Origin: Burkholderiales bacterium
GTDB taxonomy: Bacteria; Pseudomonadota; Gammaproteobacteria; Burkholderiales; Burkholderiaceae_C
Length of the DNA: 64,000 bases
Direction of reading: 5' to 3'
NCBI GenBank assembly: GCA_018971105.1
Contig: JAGWVB010000002.1
Span: 513 to 64,512 of the forward strand
This document shows positions 19,139-29,441 of the stretch, one piece after another. The notes below the pieces were generated by a model. The model worked only from the letters and a program-made list of their open reading frames with translations. It ran no database searches and had not been told where the DNA came from. Made by a program: the position numbers and the translations under genes. Each line of letters begins with the position of its first letter. Position 1 is the first letter of the stretch.

Positions 19139-21019
19139 ATGAGGAACCCGCGCATGCCGCTGCTGGCGGCCCTGTTCTGGCTGCTGCTGGGGCTGCCGGT
19201 GCAGGCCGCGACGCTGCACGTCGACGCGGCGCTGAGCGCCCCCGGCGACGTCGGCTCGACCGCATTCCCGACCGATGCCCCGGCGCGCGAGGTGCCGCTG
19301 CCCGACGAGTGGCGCAACAGCCGCCCGGGCTACGCCGGCACGCTGTGGTACCGCGTCGAGTTCGACGACGATGCCGCCGCGCTCGCCCCCGACGACCTGA
19401 TGGCGGTCTACATCCCGCATGTCTGCGCCAACCTGGAGGTCTACCTCAACGGCGAATTGCTGCACAGCGGCGGCCGCATGAACGCACCGATAGACGACCA
19501 CTGCAACGCGCCCCAGCTCGTCACGCTGCCGACGGCCCTGCTGCGCGGGCGGGCGAACCGGCTCGACATCAAGGTCGCCGGCCACGCGCTGGCCCAGGTC
19601 GGCGCGCGCCAGCGCGCCGGCGCGCTCTCGGCGCTCGAGATCGGGCCGCAGTCGGAACTGGCGCCGCGCCGGGCGCGGCTGGCGGCGATCCAGGTCGACG
19701 CGCCGCAGGCGATGAGCGCGACGCTGCTGCTGATGGGCGGCTTCATGTTCGTGCTCGGCTTCATCAACCGCAGCGAGAGCCATCTGGCCTATTTCGGCGC
19801 GCTCTCGGTGGGCTGGGCACTGATCGATGCGCGCGGCTGGCTGCGCGTGCTGCCGCTGCGCCCGCTCGGCCACTCGGAGGCCGAGTTCCTGAACTGCGCC
19901 GTGCTCGGCTTCGCGACCTGGGCCGCCGTGCAGTTCCTGCTGCGCTACGGCCGCGGACGCTGGCGCGTGGCCGACCTCGGCCTGCCGCTGCAATGCGCGC
20001 TGCTGGCGTTGAGCCTGATGCTCGGCGGCCCGCAGCGCATGCACCGCATCGCCAGCCTGTGGTACCTGGTGTTCGGCGCCGAACTCGCGGCCGCCGCCGT
20101 CTGGCATCTGCAGCGCCAGCGCGGCACGCGCCAGTTCTGGCTCATGGCAGCGATGCTCGGCGCGGCGGCGCTGGCCGGCGCGGTCGAGGCCGCCGTGCAA
20201 TGGGCCGGCTTGCCGCAGATCGCGGCCGGCCTGGCGCAGCTGCTGGTGCCGCTGGTGCTCGCGCTCGTCGGCCTGCGCCTCGTGCAGCAGCATGGGCGGG
20301 CCCTGCAGCAACACGGCCGCGCGCTGCAGCAGGCCGAGATCGGCAAGGCCGAGCTCGAGCTGCGCGTGCGCGAGGCGACGGCCGAGATCGAGCGCAATTT
20401 CCACCAGCTCGCCGAACTGCGCGTCGAGCAGGTCACCGAACGCGAGCGCAAGCGCATCGCGGCCGACCTCCACGACGACCTCGGCGCCAAGCTGCTGACG
20501 ATCGTCCACACGAGCGACAGCGAGCGCATCAGCACGCTCGCGCGCGAGGCGCTGGAGGAGATGCGGCTGTCGGTGCGCGGGCTCACCGGGCGCCCGGTGC
20601 GCCTGGCCGACGCGCTCGGCGACTGGCGCGCCGAGGTCGTCTCGCGCCTGGCGCAGGCCGGCATCGAGGGCGACTGGGAGGCACCCGAGGACCTGCCGCA
20701 GATGCTCTCGGCGCGCGCCTATGTGCAGACGACGCGCATCCTGCGCGAGGCCACGAGCAACATCATCAAGCACAGCGGCGCCACCCATTGCTCGGTCAGC
20801 GCCGACATCTCGGCCGGCGATTTCCACCTCGCGGTGCAGGACAACGGCGACGGCATCGCGCCCGAGACCGAGGGCCGGCTCGACCGCGGCCACGGCCTGG
20901 CGAGCATGAAGAACCGGGCCAAGCAGTTGCAGGGGCAATGCCTGGTCGAGTCGGGCCGCGGCTATGGAACCGTGATACGCCTCACGCTTCCGCTCGCGCG
21001 CGCGGTCGAAGGCCCCTGA
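19139..21019 (+). CDS. Sensor histidine kinase (periplasmic beta-domain, ~7 TM segments, HisKA_3, HATPase)
   Basis: Signal peptide, hydrophobic block, [15 protein letters not shown]-box, [23 protein letters not shown]. Confidence 0.92.
   Translation: MRNPRMPLLAALFWLLLGLPVQAATLHVDAALSAPGDVGSTAFPTDAPAREVPLPDEWRNSRPGYAGTLWYRVEFDDDAAALAPDDLMAVYIPHVCANLEVYLNGELLHSGGRMNAPIDDHCNAPQLVTLPTALLRGRANRLDIKVAGHALAQVGARQRAGALSALEIGPQSELAPRRARLAAIQVDAPQAMSATLLLMGGFMFVLGFINRSESHLAYFGALSVGWALIDARGWLRVLPLRPLGHSEAEFLNCAVLGFATWAAVQFLLRYGRGRWRVADLGLPLQCALLALSLMLGGPQRMHRIASLWYLVFGAELAAAAVWHLQRQRGTRQFWLMAAMLGAAALAGAVEAAVQWAGLPQIAAGLAQLLVPLVLALVGLRLVQQHGRALQQHGRALQQAEIGKAELELRVREATAEIERNFHQLAELRVEQVTERERKRIAADLHDDLGAKLLTIVHTSDSERISTLAREALEEMRLSVRGLTGRPVRLADALGDWRAEVVSRLAQAGIEGDWEAPEDLPQMLSARAYVQTTRILREATSNIIKHSGATHCSVSADISAGDFHLAVQDNGDGIAPETEGRLDRGHGLASMKNRAKQLQGQCLVESGRGYGTVIRLTLPLARAVEGP
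20285..20326 (+). repeat. Tandem 21-nt (QQHGRAL x2) duplication inside the histidine kinase
   Basis: CAGCAGCATGGGCGGGCCCTG / CAGCAACACGGCCGCGCGCTG: identical peptide, synonymous differences. Confidence 0.85.
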
Positions 21020-21080
21020 GGCGCTGTGGCCGCGACCGCTGCGGCCGATAAGATCGAATCCACCGCTTCCGCCCGCGCCG

Positions 21081-21731
21081 ATGAAGACCATCCTGCTGCT
21101 CGAAGACCTGCCCGAAATCCGGGCCTGGATGCGCAAGCTCGTGCTCCAGGTCTTTCCCGGCGCGACGATCTCCGAGAGCGCGCGCGTGCACGACGCGAAG
21201 GAACTCGTCGGCGTGGTCAAGTTCGACCTCGCGCTGATCGACCTCGGACTGCCCGACGGCAGCGGCGTCGACGTCGTGACCCGGCTGCGCGACATCCAGC
21301 CCGATGCGCAGAGCGTCGTCGTCACGATCCACGACGACGACGAACACCTGTTCCCGGCGCTGCAGGCGGGCGCCTTCGGCTACATCCTCAAGGAGCAGCC
21401 GCGCGAACTCATCACCGAGCAGCTGCAGCGCATCAGCCAGGGCGAGCCGCCGCTGTCGCCGAGCATCGCGCGGCGCGTGATGGCGTATTTCAGCGCCAAG
21501 GCCAAGCCGCAGCCGCAGGAGCACCTGATGCCCAGCGTGAGCCTGACGGACCGCGAGAGCGAGGTCCTGCTGCGCGTCGCCAAGGGCTACACGCTGCCCG
21601 AGATCGGGGTCCAGCTCGGCCTGTCGCGGCACACGATCGCCGACTACGTCAAGCAGATCTACCGCAAGCTCAACGTGAGCTCGCGCGCCGAGGCCGCGCT
21701 CGAGGCGCAGCGCCTGGGCCTGTTCCGCTGA
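21081..21731 (+). CDS. NarL/LuxR-family response regulator
   Basis: [31 protein letters not shown]...[13 protein letters not shown]. Confidence 0.95.
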   Translation: MKTILLLEDLPEIRAWMRKLVLQVFPGATISESARVHDAKELVGVVKFDLALIDLGLPDGSGVDVVTRLRDIQPDAQSVVVTIHDDDEHLFPALQAGAFGYILKEQPRELITEQLQRISQGEPPLSPSIARRVMAYFSAKAKPQPQEHLMPSVSLTDRESEVLLRVAKGYTLPEIGVQLGLSRHTIADYVKQIYRKLNVSSRAEAALEAQRLGLFR

Positions 21732-21738
21732 CCGGGTC

Positions 21739-24300
21739 CTAGAGCGCGGCCGAGGCCGCGCGCGCAAGCGGCTCGGGCGGCGGCGGCGTCGCCCGCGCCG
21801 CCGGATAGCGGTGCGGACGGCGCAGCAGCGCGTCCAGCGCATCGCCCATGAGCGGTCGCGAGAGCAGGAAGCCCTGGCCGCAGTCGCAGCCCAGATCGCG
21901 CAGCATGCCGAGCTGGAGCTCGGTCTCGATGCCCTCGGCGATCACATGCTTGCCCAGCGATTTCGCCAGCAGCACGATGGCGTTGATCACGGCCGCCTCG
22001 TTCGATCCCGGGCGCAGGTTGCGCACGAAGGACATGTCGATCTTGAGGCTGTCGATCGGCAGCACCGCGAGGTGGGCGAGCGAGGAATAGCCGGTGCCGA
22101 AATCGTCCACCGCGAGGCCGACGCCCAGTTCGCGCAGCGCCTTGAGCGCGCTCATCGCGGCCTCGAGCTCGGCCATCAGGATGTTCTCGGTGAGCTCGAT
22201 GACGAGGCGCCGCGGCGCGATGCCGCTGGTGGCGAGCGCGCGCCGCACGCGCGGCACGAAATCGAGGTCGGCGAGGTCGCGCGCGGCGACGTTGACATGC
22301 ACCGCCAGCTCGCCCGCCCCCGGATGCTCGAAGGCCCAACGCCGCATCTGGGCGCAGGCGTCGTGCAGCACATAGCCGGTGAGCTGGGTGATGAGGCCCG
22401 ACTCCTCGGCGATCGGGATGAAGGCGCCGGGGCTGACCGGCCCGAGGTCGGGGTGGATCCAGCGCGACAGCGCCTCGAAGCCGATGAGCGAGCCGTCGAC
22501 GAGGTCGTACAGCGGCTGGTAGGCGATCGCCAGCCCCTGGGCGGCGAGCGCGTGGCGCAGGTCGGCCTCCAGGCGCACGCGCTGCGTCACCTCGGTGTGC
22601 AGGCGCACGTCGAAGAGCGCGTAGCGCGCCTTGCCGCCGACCTTGGCGCGGTACATGGCGATGTCGGCGTCGCGCAGCATGTCCTCGGGCCGCGCGTAGC
22701 CGATCGAGCTGAAGGTGATGCCGATGCTGGCGGTGGCGGCGATTTCCATCGCGCCCAGGCTGAGCGGCTCGTTGAGCGCCTCGAGCAGGCGCTGCGCGAG
22801 TTCGACCGCGACCGCGTCGTCGGGCAGGCCGGCGGCGAGGATCGCGAACTCGTCGCCACCCAGCCGCGCCAGCAGGTCGCCGCGGCGCAGGCAGCGCAGC
22901 AGCCGCTGCGCGGACTTGACGAGAAACTCGTCGCCGGCCGTGTGGCCCTTGCTGTCGTTGATGAGCTTGAAGCGGTCGAAATCCAGGAACAGCACGGCGA
23001 AGCCCTGCGCCGGATCGTCGCGCGCGGTGGCGATGGCCTGCGCCAGCACCTCGTTGAAGCGGTCGCGATTGGCCAGGCCGGTGAGCTTGTCGTGCGACGC
23101 CCGGTGCTGGAGTTCGAGTTCGGCGCGGTGGCGTGCGCTCACGTCCTGGACCTGGAGGATCAGGCTCGGCCCCTGCGCGGCCTGGTCGGCGAACAGGCTG
23201 CAGCTCAGGCTCGCCCAGACCTCGGTGCCGTCGTCGCGGCGACAGCTCACCTCGGCGGGATGGACGGCCTCTTCGCCGGCACTGGCGCCGTCCAGCGTCG
23301 CGCCGGCGCGCGCGCGATCGGCGCCGTCGACGAATTCGAGCAGGCCACGGCCCTCGAGCGCGCCCGCGGCGCAGCCCAGCAGCCGGTGCAGCGCCGGATT
23401 GGCCTGGTGGATGCGGCCGTCGTGCCCGACCAGCGCCATGCCGATCGAGGCATGGGTGAAGGCGTTGAGGAAGCGGCCCTCGGACAGTTCGAGCTCGCGC
23501 AGGTGCTGCGCGGCCTGCTCGGCCTCGCGCTGGCGCGCCTGGCTCAGCGCCAGCTCGGCCTCGCGCTCGACGGCGAGGGCCGCGGCGCGGCGCGCCGCCT
23601 CCTCGGCATCCTGCTGGCGCGTGAAATAGTGCAGCGTCGTCAGCACCAGCGCCATGATGGGCAGCACGGTCAGCATGACGCCCATGCCGGCGATGCGGGC
23701 GGTGATGAAGAGCACGGCGGCGATGCCGGCGGAACCGGCGCTGGCGGCGCCAACCCAGCCGAAAACGTCGCGGGCGTCCGAGAAGCTCAGGCGCTGGCCG
23801 CGCTTGAGGCGAGGCGTGGCCGACATCAGCAGCACATCGCAGATCGCATAGATCAGGCCGAACCCCAATGCCGCCAATACCAGAGTAGCGGCAGGCCTGT
23901 CCAGGTGCGAAGTTCGAAGAACGAGTATGAAGAGACTGCCACAGGACAGCGCGCAGGCCGAACTGATGGTCGCGCAGCCGAGTCGCGATGTCCAACGTTT
24001 CGAGCCGCGCCATGCACAAGCAAGGCCGGCAAGGCCCGCTGCAATGGCGCCAGCTGCAGGGCCGTACAGCAGAAGCAAAGTGAAACAAAATACGTCGACC
24101 GACAGGAAATGCTGCTCGGTCCTCGGTATCTTGAGCGGAACGAGCGACGCGAGCATCGCCAGCAAGGTACCCGCCGCGACCTGCGCGACGGTCGGCAGCC
24201 CCATTGCAAGGACCTCGGCGCAGGACCCGATGAAGCAGCCCCCGCCCAGCAGCACCATCGTCCACCAGTAGATCGTGGCATTGCGGTTGTAGTCCGGCAT
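21739..24300 (-). CDS. Membrane-anchored PAS-GGDEF-EAL protein (c-di-GMP turnover)
   Basis: N-terminal TMs; PAS ([16 protein letters not shown]); [31 protein letters not shown]; [26 protein letters not shown]; start MPDYN at 24300. Confidence 0.95.
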   Translation of the reverse strand: MPDYNRNATIYWWTMVLLGGGCFIGSCAEVLAMGLPTVAQVAAGTLLAMLASLVPLKIPRTEQHFLSVDVFCFTLLLLYGPAAGAIAAGLAGLACAWRGSKRWTSRLGCATISSACALSCGSLFILVLRTSHLDRPAATLVLAALGFGLIYAICDVLLMSATPRLKRGQRLSFSDARDVFGWVGAASAGSAGIAAVLFITARIAGMGVMLTVLPIMALVLTTLHYFTRQQDAEEAARRAAALAVEREAELALSQARQREAEQAAQHLRELELSEGRFLNAFTHASIGMALVGHDGRIHQANPALHRLLGCAAGALEGRGLLEFVDGADRARAGATLDGASAGEEAVHPAEVSCRRDDGTEVWASLSCSLFADQAAQGPSLILQVQDVSARHRAELELQHRASHDKLTGLANRDRFNEVLAQAIATARDDPAQGFAVLFLDFDRFKLINDSKGHTAGDEFLVKSAQRLLRCLRRGDLLARLGGDEFAILAAGLPDDAVAVELAQRLLEALNEPLSLGAMEIAATASIGITFSSIGYARPEDMLRDADIAMYRAKVGGKARYALFDVRLHTEVTQRVRLEADLRHALAAQGLAIAYQPLYDLVDGSLIGFEALSRWIHPDLGPVSPGAFIPIAEESGLITQLTGYVLHDACAQMRRWAFEHPGAGELAVHVNVAARDLADLDFVPRVRRALATSGIAPRRLVIELTENILMAELEAAMSALKALRELGVGLAVDDFGTGYSSLAHLAVLPIDSLKIDMSFVRNLRPGSNEAAVINAIVLLAKSLGKHVIAEGIETELQLGMLRDLGCDCGQGFLLSRPLMGDALDALLRRPHRYPAARATPPPPEPLARAASAAL

Positions 24301-24657
24301 CAACGAGGCATGGATGCGCCGGCCGATGCGCCGCACCGGCCCGATCGCCCCGCCCTGCCCTGCGTACACTGCCATAGCCGCTCTCGTCGACCGGGTCGCG
24401 CGACGCACGACCCGGCACCACCGGCGATGGCCGGTCCTGGGAGGGCTTTCGGCAATCCGCGGCCAGACTTGAAGCGCCGTTCCAACGCCCCACCCCGTGG
24501 GCTGGCCCCGGCTGCGCGCCCGCCCTCGCCGCCGGCGATGCCGGCGCTGCACCCGGCGACGGCGACGCGTGCCGCCCGGGCATATCGACATGAGTTCCGC
24601 GTCGTTGCGACGCAGCGCCGGCCCTGCTACCGTAGCCGGCTCTCCAGGAGTCCCGCC

Positions 24658-25635
24658 ATGCCCCACTTCTACACCGACAACTCGCTCTCGATCGGCCGCA
24701 CGCCGCTGGTGCGGCTGAACCGCGTCACCGATGGCGCCCGGGCCACCGTGCTGGCCAAGATCGAAGGGCGCAACCCGGCCTATTCGGTGAAGTGCCGCAT
24801 CGGTGCGGCCATGGTCTGGGACGCCGAGCAGCGCGGCCTGCTCGGCCCGGGCAAGGAACTGGTCGAGCCGACGAGCGGCAACACCGGCATCGCGCTGGCC
24901 TTCGTCGCCGCCGCGCGCGGAATCCCGATCACGCTCACGATGCCCGACACGATGAGCGTCGAGCGCCGCAAGCTGCTGCTGGCCTACGGCGCCAGGCTGG
25001 TGCTCACCGAAGGCGCCAAGGGCATGAACGGCGCCGTCGCGAAAGCCGAGGAGATCGCCGCCTCGGACCCGAAATACGTGCTGCTGCAGCAGTTCAAGAA
25101 CCCGGCCAACCCGGCCATCCACGAGGCCACGACCGGCCCCGAGATCTGGGACGACACCGATGGCGCCATCGACATCTTCGTCGCCGGCGTCGGCACCGGC
25201 GGCACCGTGACCGGGGTCTCGCGCTACATCAAGCGCAAGCGCGGCAAGGCCATCACGACGGTCGCGGTCGAGCCCAGCGCGAGCCCGCTGCTGACGCAGA
25301 AGCGCGCCGGCCAGCCGCTGCAGCCGGGCGGGCACAAGATCCAGGGCCTGGGTGCCAACTTCATCCCCGAGGTGCTGGACCTCTCGCTCATCGACGCGGT
25401 CGAGACGGTCGGCAACGACGAGGCGATCGCGATGGCACGCCGGCTCGCGCGCGAGGAAGGCATCCTCTGCGGCATCTCCTGCGGCGCCGCGACGGCGGCC
25501 GCGCTGCGCTGGGCGCACAAGCCCGAGCATGCGGGCAAGACCATCGTCGTCGTGCTGCCCGATTCGGGCGAGCGCTACCTCAGCTCGGCGCTGTTCGAGG
25601 ACCTGTTCGACGCCGGCGGCCATCCGCTGGCCTGA
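24658..25635 (+). CDS. cysK: Cysteine synthase A
   Basis: [49 protein letters not shown]; AGGAG RBS. Confidence 0.96.
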   Translation: MPHFYTDNSLSIGRTPLVRLNRVTDGARATVLAKIEGRNPAYSVKCRIGAAMVWDAEQRGLLGPGKELVEPTSGNTGIALAFVAAARGIPITLTMPDTMSVERRKLLLAYGARLVLTEGAKGMNGAVAKAEEIAASDPKYVLLQQFKNPANPAIHEATTGPEIWDDTDGAIDIFVAGVGTGGTVTGVSRYIKRKRGKAITTVAVEPSASPLLTQKRAGQPLQPGGHKIQGLGANFIPEVLDLSLIDAVETVGNDEAIAMARRLAREEGILCGISCGAATAAALRWAHKPEHAGKTIVVVLPDSGERYLSSALFEDLFDAGGHPLA

Positions 25636-25724
25636 GGGGCCTGGAGGCCGCGCCGTCGGCGGCGCCCGGGCGGCGATCGCCGCGGTCCGGATCGGGGCGC
25701 GGCCGGGCCCGCGCCGGGATGCGC

Positions 25725-26084
25725 TCAGGTGCGCCGCAGGCGGCGCGCGAACGCCTCCACCGCGGGCGGCTGCGGCGTGGCGCGCGGGAGCGCGAGCGCG
25801 GCGTCGAGCACGCGCCGCAGCGTCTGCGGCTGCGGCGTCAGCGCGCCGGCGAAGAGCACGCCGCGCGCGTCGGTGACGACCAGGGTCGGGAAGGTCTCGA
25901 CGTCGTAGTCGCCGACAAGTTCGGCCTCGTCCTCGATGTCGATCCAGCGCATGCGCAGCCCCGGGTGCTCGACGCGCAGCGCCGCGAGCACCGACTCGAA
26001 CACGCGGCCGTAGCTCTCGCAGGTGCGGCACCAGGCGGCGCACAGGCAGGCGATATGCAAGGCTGGATCTTCCGGGTTGTTCAT
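25725..26084 (-). CDS. Thioredoxin-family protein
   Basis: CLCAAWCRTC, WIDIEDEA, DVETFPTL. Confidence 0.85.
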   Translation of the reverse strand: MNNPEDPALHIACLCAAWCRTCESYGRVFESVLAALRVEHPGLRMRWIDIEDEAELVGDYDVETFPTLVVTDARGVLFAGALTPQPQTLRRVLDAALALPRATPQPPAVEAFARRLRRT

Positions 26085-26164
26085 CGCGGCCGCGATGGTA
26101 AGCCGGCGCCGGCCCGACGCCGGCCCACCCCGACGAGACACAATGCGGGCAAGGAGAACGAGGG

Positions 26165-26632
26165 ATGAACATCAAGACCCACCGCATCGCGGCGATCGCG
26201 ACCCTGGCCGCCTGCGCGCTGGGCGGCGGCACCCCGGCGCTGGCGGCACCCGGCGCTGCGCCCGAGCCGCCGCCGGCGTCGACGCCGAACCACGACCGCG
26301 ACCACAACCGCACGGCTTCGCTGCCGGCGCAGGGCCTGTTCGCCGGCGACCAGCTCACGGCGGCGACCCGCTCGCGCATCGACGCCCTGATCGCCGAGGC
26401 CCAGGACATGCGTATCGAGGTCGTCCTCGTCGTGCCGACCGGGCCCTGGACGATCGACGGCGGCACGCACAAGGACAACGACCTCACGCGGGCACGGCTC
26501 GCGAACGTGCGCCGCTACCTCGCCGGGCATGGCCTCGACCCGCGGCGCATCTTCGTCGAGCGTCGCACCGACAAGCGGGTGCGCGAGCCGCATCTCGAAG
26601 TGCAACTCGTAGGCGAAATGCATCAGGACTGA
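26165..26632 (+). CDS. Secreted protein with degenerate OmpA-like C-terminal domain
   Basis: Signal peptide, Pro-rich linker, LPAQGLF...DLTRARLANVRRYL...LEVQLVG resembles the OmpA_C fold but lacks GHTD. Confidence 0.6.
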   Translation: MNIKTHRIAAIATLAACALGGGTPALAAPGAAPEPPPASTPNHDRDHNRTASLPAQGLFAGDQLTAATRSRIDALIAEAQDMRIEVVLVVPTGPWTIDGGTHKDNDLTRARLANVRRYLAGHGLDPRRIFVERRTDKRVREPHLEVQLVGEMHQD

Positions 26633-26779
26633 GCCCCGCGGCTCCAACTCGCCCTGCGGCGAGTTGGACGGGGCGAAGGCCGGGACCGTCCCCGGTCCCG
26701 GCTGAGCCCCGCGGCTCCAACTCGCCCTGCGGCGAGTTGGACGGGGCGAAGGCCGGGGCCGTCCCCGGTCCCGGCTGAG
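26629..26779. repeat. Two tandem 73-bp REP/BIME-like units, each with two hairpins
   Basis: Units 26629-26701 and 26702-26774 differ at one base; stems TCCAACTCGCC/GGCGAGTTGGA and GCCGGGACCG/CGGTCCCGGC; partial third CTGAG. Confidence 0.9.
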
Positions 26780-26826
26780 GCGCACCCGATGCGCCGCGCC
26801 CGTCGATGGCATTGCGCAGCGCGACT

Positions 26827-28107
26827 TCAGTACCGCCCCGTGATCCCTGCCATGCGCAGGTATACCGCCGCCACCCAGGCGACGAACCCGCGCCGGATCC
26901 AGCCGCGCCAGCCGGCGCGCCGCGGCCGGGCCGAGACCTCGGCCGAGGCCGCGAAGGCGGCGTCGAGCCGGCGCCCGAGCTCGGCGGCAAAACCGGCATC
27001 ATCGACGACGAGGTTCGCCTCCAGATTCAGCAGCAGCGACATCGGGTCGATGTTCGAGCTGCCGACCGTCGCCCAGCGGCCGTCGATCACCGCCACCTTG
27101 GCATGCAGGAACGCCGGCGTGTACTCGTAGATGCGCACGCCGCGGGCGCACAGCTCGTCGTAGAGCGCCTGCGCCGCCAGCGCCGCGAAGCGGTAGTCGA
27201 TCTTGCCCTGCAGCAGCAGCCGCACCTCGACCCCGCGCTGCGCGGCGTTGCGCAGCGCGCGCCTGAACAGCCGCCCGGGATAGAAGTACGGCACCGCGAG
27301 ATCGACGCGCTGCTGCGCGGCGCGGATCGCATCGATGTAGCTGCGCTCGATCGTGCGCCGCTGGCGCAGGTTGTCGCGCACCAGCAGCGCCGCGCGCACC
27401 GGCTGCAAGGGCGCCGCGTCGGGGCCGCGCAGCGACCCGGCGCCGCGCAACCCGCGCGCGAGCGCGCGCGCGCGCGACAGCGGGCGCGCGCTGCGCGCCA
27501 GCTCGCGCACCTCCTCGGGCCACAGGCGCAGGAGCTGCGATCGGGCCCAGATCGCGCGCGCCGCGACCTGCACCGAGGCCGCCAGCGGGCCCTCCAGCGC
27601 GACCGCGAAATCAAGCCGCGGCGCCTCGGCCCAGCCATGGTGGAGGTCGTGACGGTCGTCGATCAGGTTGATGCCGCCAACGAAGGCCAGGCCGCCGTCG
27701 CAGGCACACAGCTTCTGGTGCAGGCGCCGCAGCTGCCCCGGCTGCAGCCAGGCGGTCCAGCGCTCGAGCGGGCGGAACACCTCGAGCTGGACGCCGCTGG
27801 CGGCGCAGCGCCGGCGCAGCCAGGGCAGGCCGGGCCGCGAGCCGAAGCCGTCGACGACCACCCTCACGGCGACCCCGCGCCGCGCGGCACGGTCGAGCGC
27901 ATCGGCGACGGCGGCGGTCGAGGGGTCGTCGTTGAAGATGTAGGTCGCGAGCCAGACCTCGCGCGCCGCGGCATCGATGGCCGCGATCATGCGCGGGAAC
28001 ATCTCGTCGCCGCCCTGCAGCAGCTCGATCCGGTTGCCGCCCAGCCAGTGCGGCGCCGGCTGCGCGGCCCAGCGGCGCCAGCGCGCCGGTTGCGACCGCG
28101 CCGGCAT
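26827..28107 (-). CDS. clsB: Cardiolipin synthase ClsB-type phospholipase D
   Basis: Two HKD motifs (LHQKLCACD, LHAKVAVID), GGINLID, GSSNID; start position approximate. Confidence 0.88.
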   Translation of the reverse strand: MPARSQPARWRRWAAQPAPHWLGGNRIELLQGGDEMFPRMIAAIDAAAREVWLATYIFNDDPSTAAVADALDRAARRGVAVRVVVDGFGSRPGLPWLRRRCAASGVQLEVFRPLERWTAWLQPGQLRRLHQKLCACDGGLAFVGGINLIDDRHDLHHGWAEAPRLDFAVALEGPLAASVQVAARAIWARSQLLRLWPEEVRELARSARPLSRARALARGLRGAGSLRGPDAAPLQPVRAALLVRDNLRQRRTIERSYIDAIRAAQQRVDLAVPYFYPGRLFRRALRNAAQRGVEVRLLLQGKIDYRFAALAAQALYDELCARGVRIYEYTPAFLHAKVAVIDGRWATVGSSNIDPMSLLLNLEANLVVDDAGFAAELGRRLDAAFAASAEVSARPRRAGWRGWIRRGFVAWVAAVYLRMAGITGRY

Positions 28108-28916
28108 CAGGCGGGATGCAGTTCGGCGACCAGCGGGAGATGGTCCGACATGCGCGCCCACGCCAGGCCGCGCGGCACCATCGTGTGGCGGCAGGCGAGG
28201 CCGCGCAGGTAGAAGCGGTCGAGCGCGAACACCGGCACCAGCGACGGGAACGTCGGTCGCGCGCCGCGCTCGAGCTCGGCGTCATGGGCGCGCGTCAGGC
28301 CCAGCTCGGCCATCGGCTCGTCCAGGCGCTCGCCCCAGTCGTTGAAGTCGCCGGCGACGACGAGCATCTCGCCCGGCGGCACCTCGTCGCGGATGAAGCG
28401 CGCCAGCCGCTGCACCTGGCGCACGCGGCTGCTGTGGACGAGGCCGAAATGCACCACCACCGCATGCACCGGGCTGCCGTTCCAGCTCACCGGCACATGC
28501 AGCAGGCCGCGCTGCTCGAACGGGTGGTCGCTGACGTCCTGGTGGCCGACATCGCCCATCGGCCAGCGCGAGAGCAGCGCGTTGCCATGCTCGCCATGGC
28601 GCGTCACGGCGTTCGTGCGGTAGGCCACCTCGTAGCCCTGCGGGGCGAGGAATTCGGCCTGGCCCTGCGGCGGCCAGCCGAACGAGGTGCGGTCGAACTG
28701 GCGCGCCTGCCGCGTGTGGAACAGCCGTACCTCCTGCAGGAACACGAGGTCGGCGTCGAGCGCCTCGACGGCCAGGCCCAGGTTGTGGATCTCGAGGCGC
28801 TTGCGCGGGCCGATGCCGCGCACGCCCTTGTGGATGTTGTAGGTCGCCACGCGCAGGCATTCGATGCCGGTGTACGGCGGCAGCAGCGTCGACTGCATCT
28901 GGTTGAGCCGGTTCAT
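28107..28916 (-). CDS. Endonuclease/exonuclease/phosphatase family protein (YbhP-like)
   Basis: VATYNIHKG, LVFLQEV, HGNALLSR, AGDFNDW, SDHLPL; co-oriented with clsB. Confidence 0.9.
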   Translation of the reverse strand: MNRLNQMQSTLLPPYTGIECLRVATYNIHKGVRGIGPRKRLEIHNLGLAVEALDADLVFLQEVRLFHTRQARQFDRTSFGWPPQGQAEFLAPQGYEVAYRTNAVTRHGEHGNALLSRWPMGDVGHQDVSDHPFEQRGLLHVPVSWNGSPVHAVVVHFGLVHSSRVRQVQRLARFIRDEVPPGEMLVVAGDFNDWGERLDEPMAELGLTRAHDAELERGARPTFPSLVPVFALDRFYLRGLACRHTMVPRGLAWARMSDHLPLVAELHPA

Positions 28917-29371
28917 GGCGGCGCCGCCGTGACCTCGGGCAGGCGGCGGATGGCGCGCGCGTTGCTCGGCGAGAAGCAGAGCTCGGCCGCCTCGGGCCAG
29001 GGCAGCCAGCGCCAGGCCAGGTGTTCGCGCGGGTTCAGCGTCACCGGCGTGCCGGGCTCGACGCAGAGGCTGAACACATGCTCGGTGTTGTGCGTCACGC
29101 CCGGCGCGTAGCGGTGGCGGTAGCGCGCGTAGATCTCGTAGTCGTAATGCAGCTGCCAGTCGCGCAGCGCGCCGCCGGTGATGCCGGTCTCCTCGGCGAC
29201 CTCGCGCCGCGCCGTCTGCGCCAGCGCCTCGTCGGGATGGTCGACCGAGCCGGTCACGCTCTGCCAGCTGCCGGGGTCGTCGGCGCGCTCGATCATCAGC
29301 ACCTCGAGTGCCGGGGTGTGGATCACCACCAGCACCGAGCGCGGGATCTTGTAGGGGCGGGGTTCGGACAT
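28913..29371 (-). CDS. nudB: Dihydroneopterin triphosphate diphosphatase
   Basis: YKIPRSVLVVIH, WQSVTGS, Nudix REVAEETG, NTEHVF; downstream of aspS. Confidence 0.9.
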   Translation of the reverse strand: MSEPRPYKIPRSVLVVIHTPALEVLMIERADDPGSWQSVTGSVDHPDEALAQTARREVAEETGITGGALRDWQLHYDYEIYARYRHRYAPGVTHNTEHVFSLCVEPGTPVTLNPREHLAWRWLPWPEAAELCFSPSNARAIRRLPEVTAAPP

Positions 29372-29441
29372 CGGGCTCCACGGCGCCGCGGCGCCTCCAA
29401 CCCCACCGTCAGGCAGGGCACCCGCCCATGCTAGCCCAGCG

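Noticed and set aside
21811-25635. Very long ORFs such as 21811-25635, 21739-26487, 18131-21019, 51978-56699 and 59308-62937 as single proteins
   Set aside because: Stop-poor high-GC frames extend real genes upstream or shadow them antisense; true starts were reassigned by motif and RBS
26629-26779. Possible CRISPR array
   Set aside because: Units are directly adjacent with no spacers, 73 bp is too long, there are only two copies, and there are no cas genes
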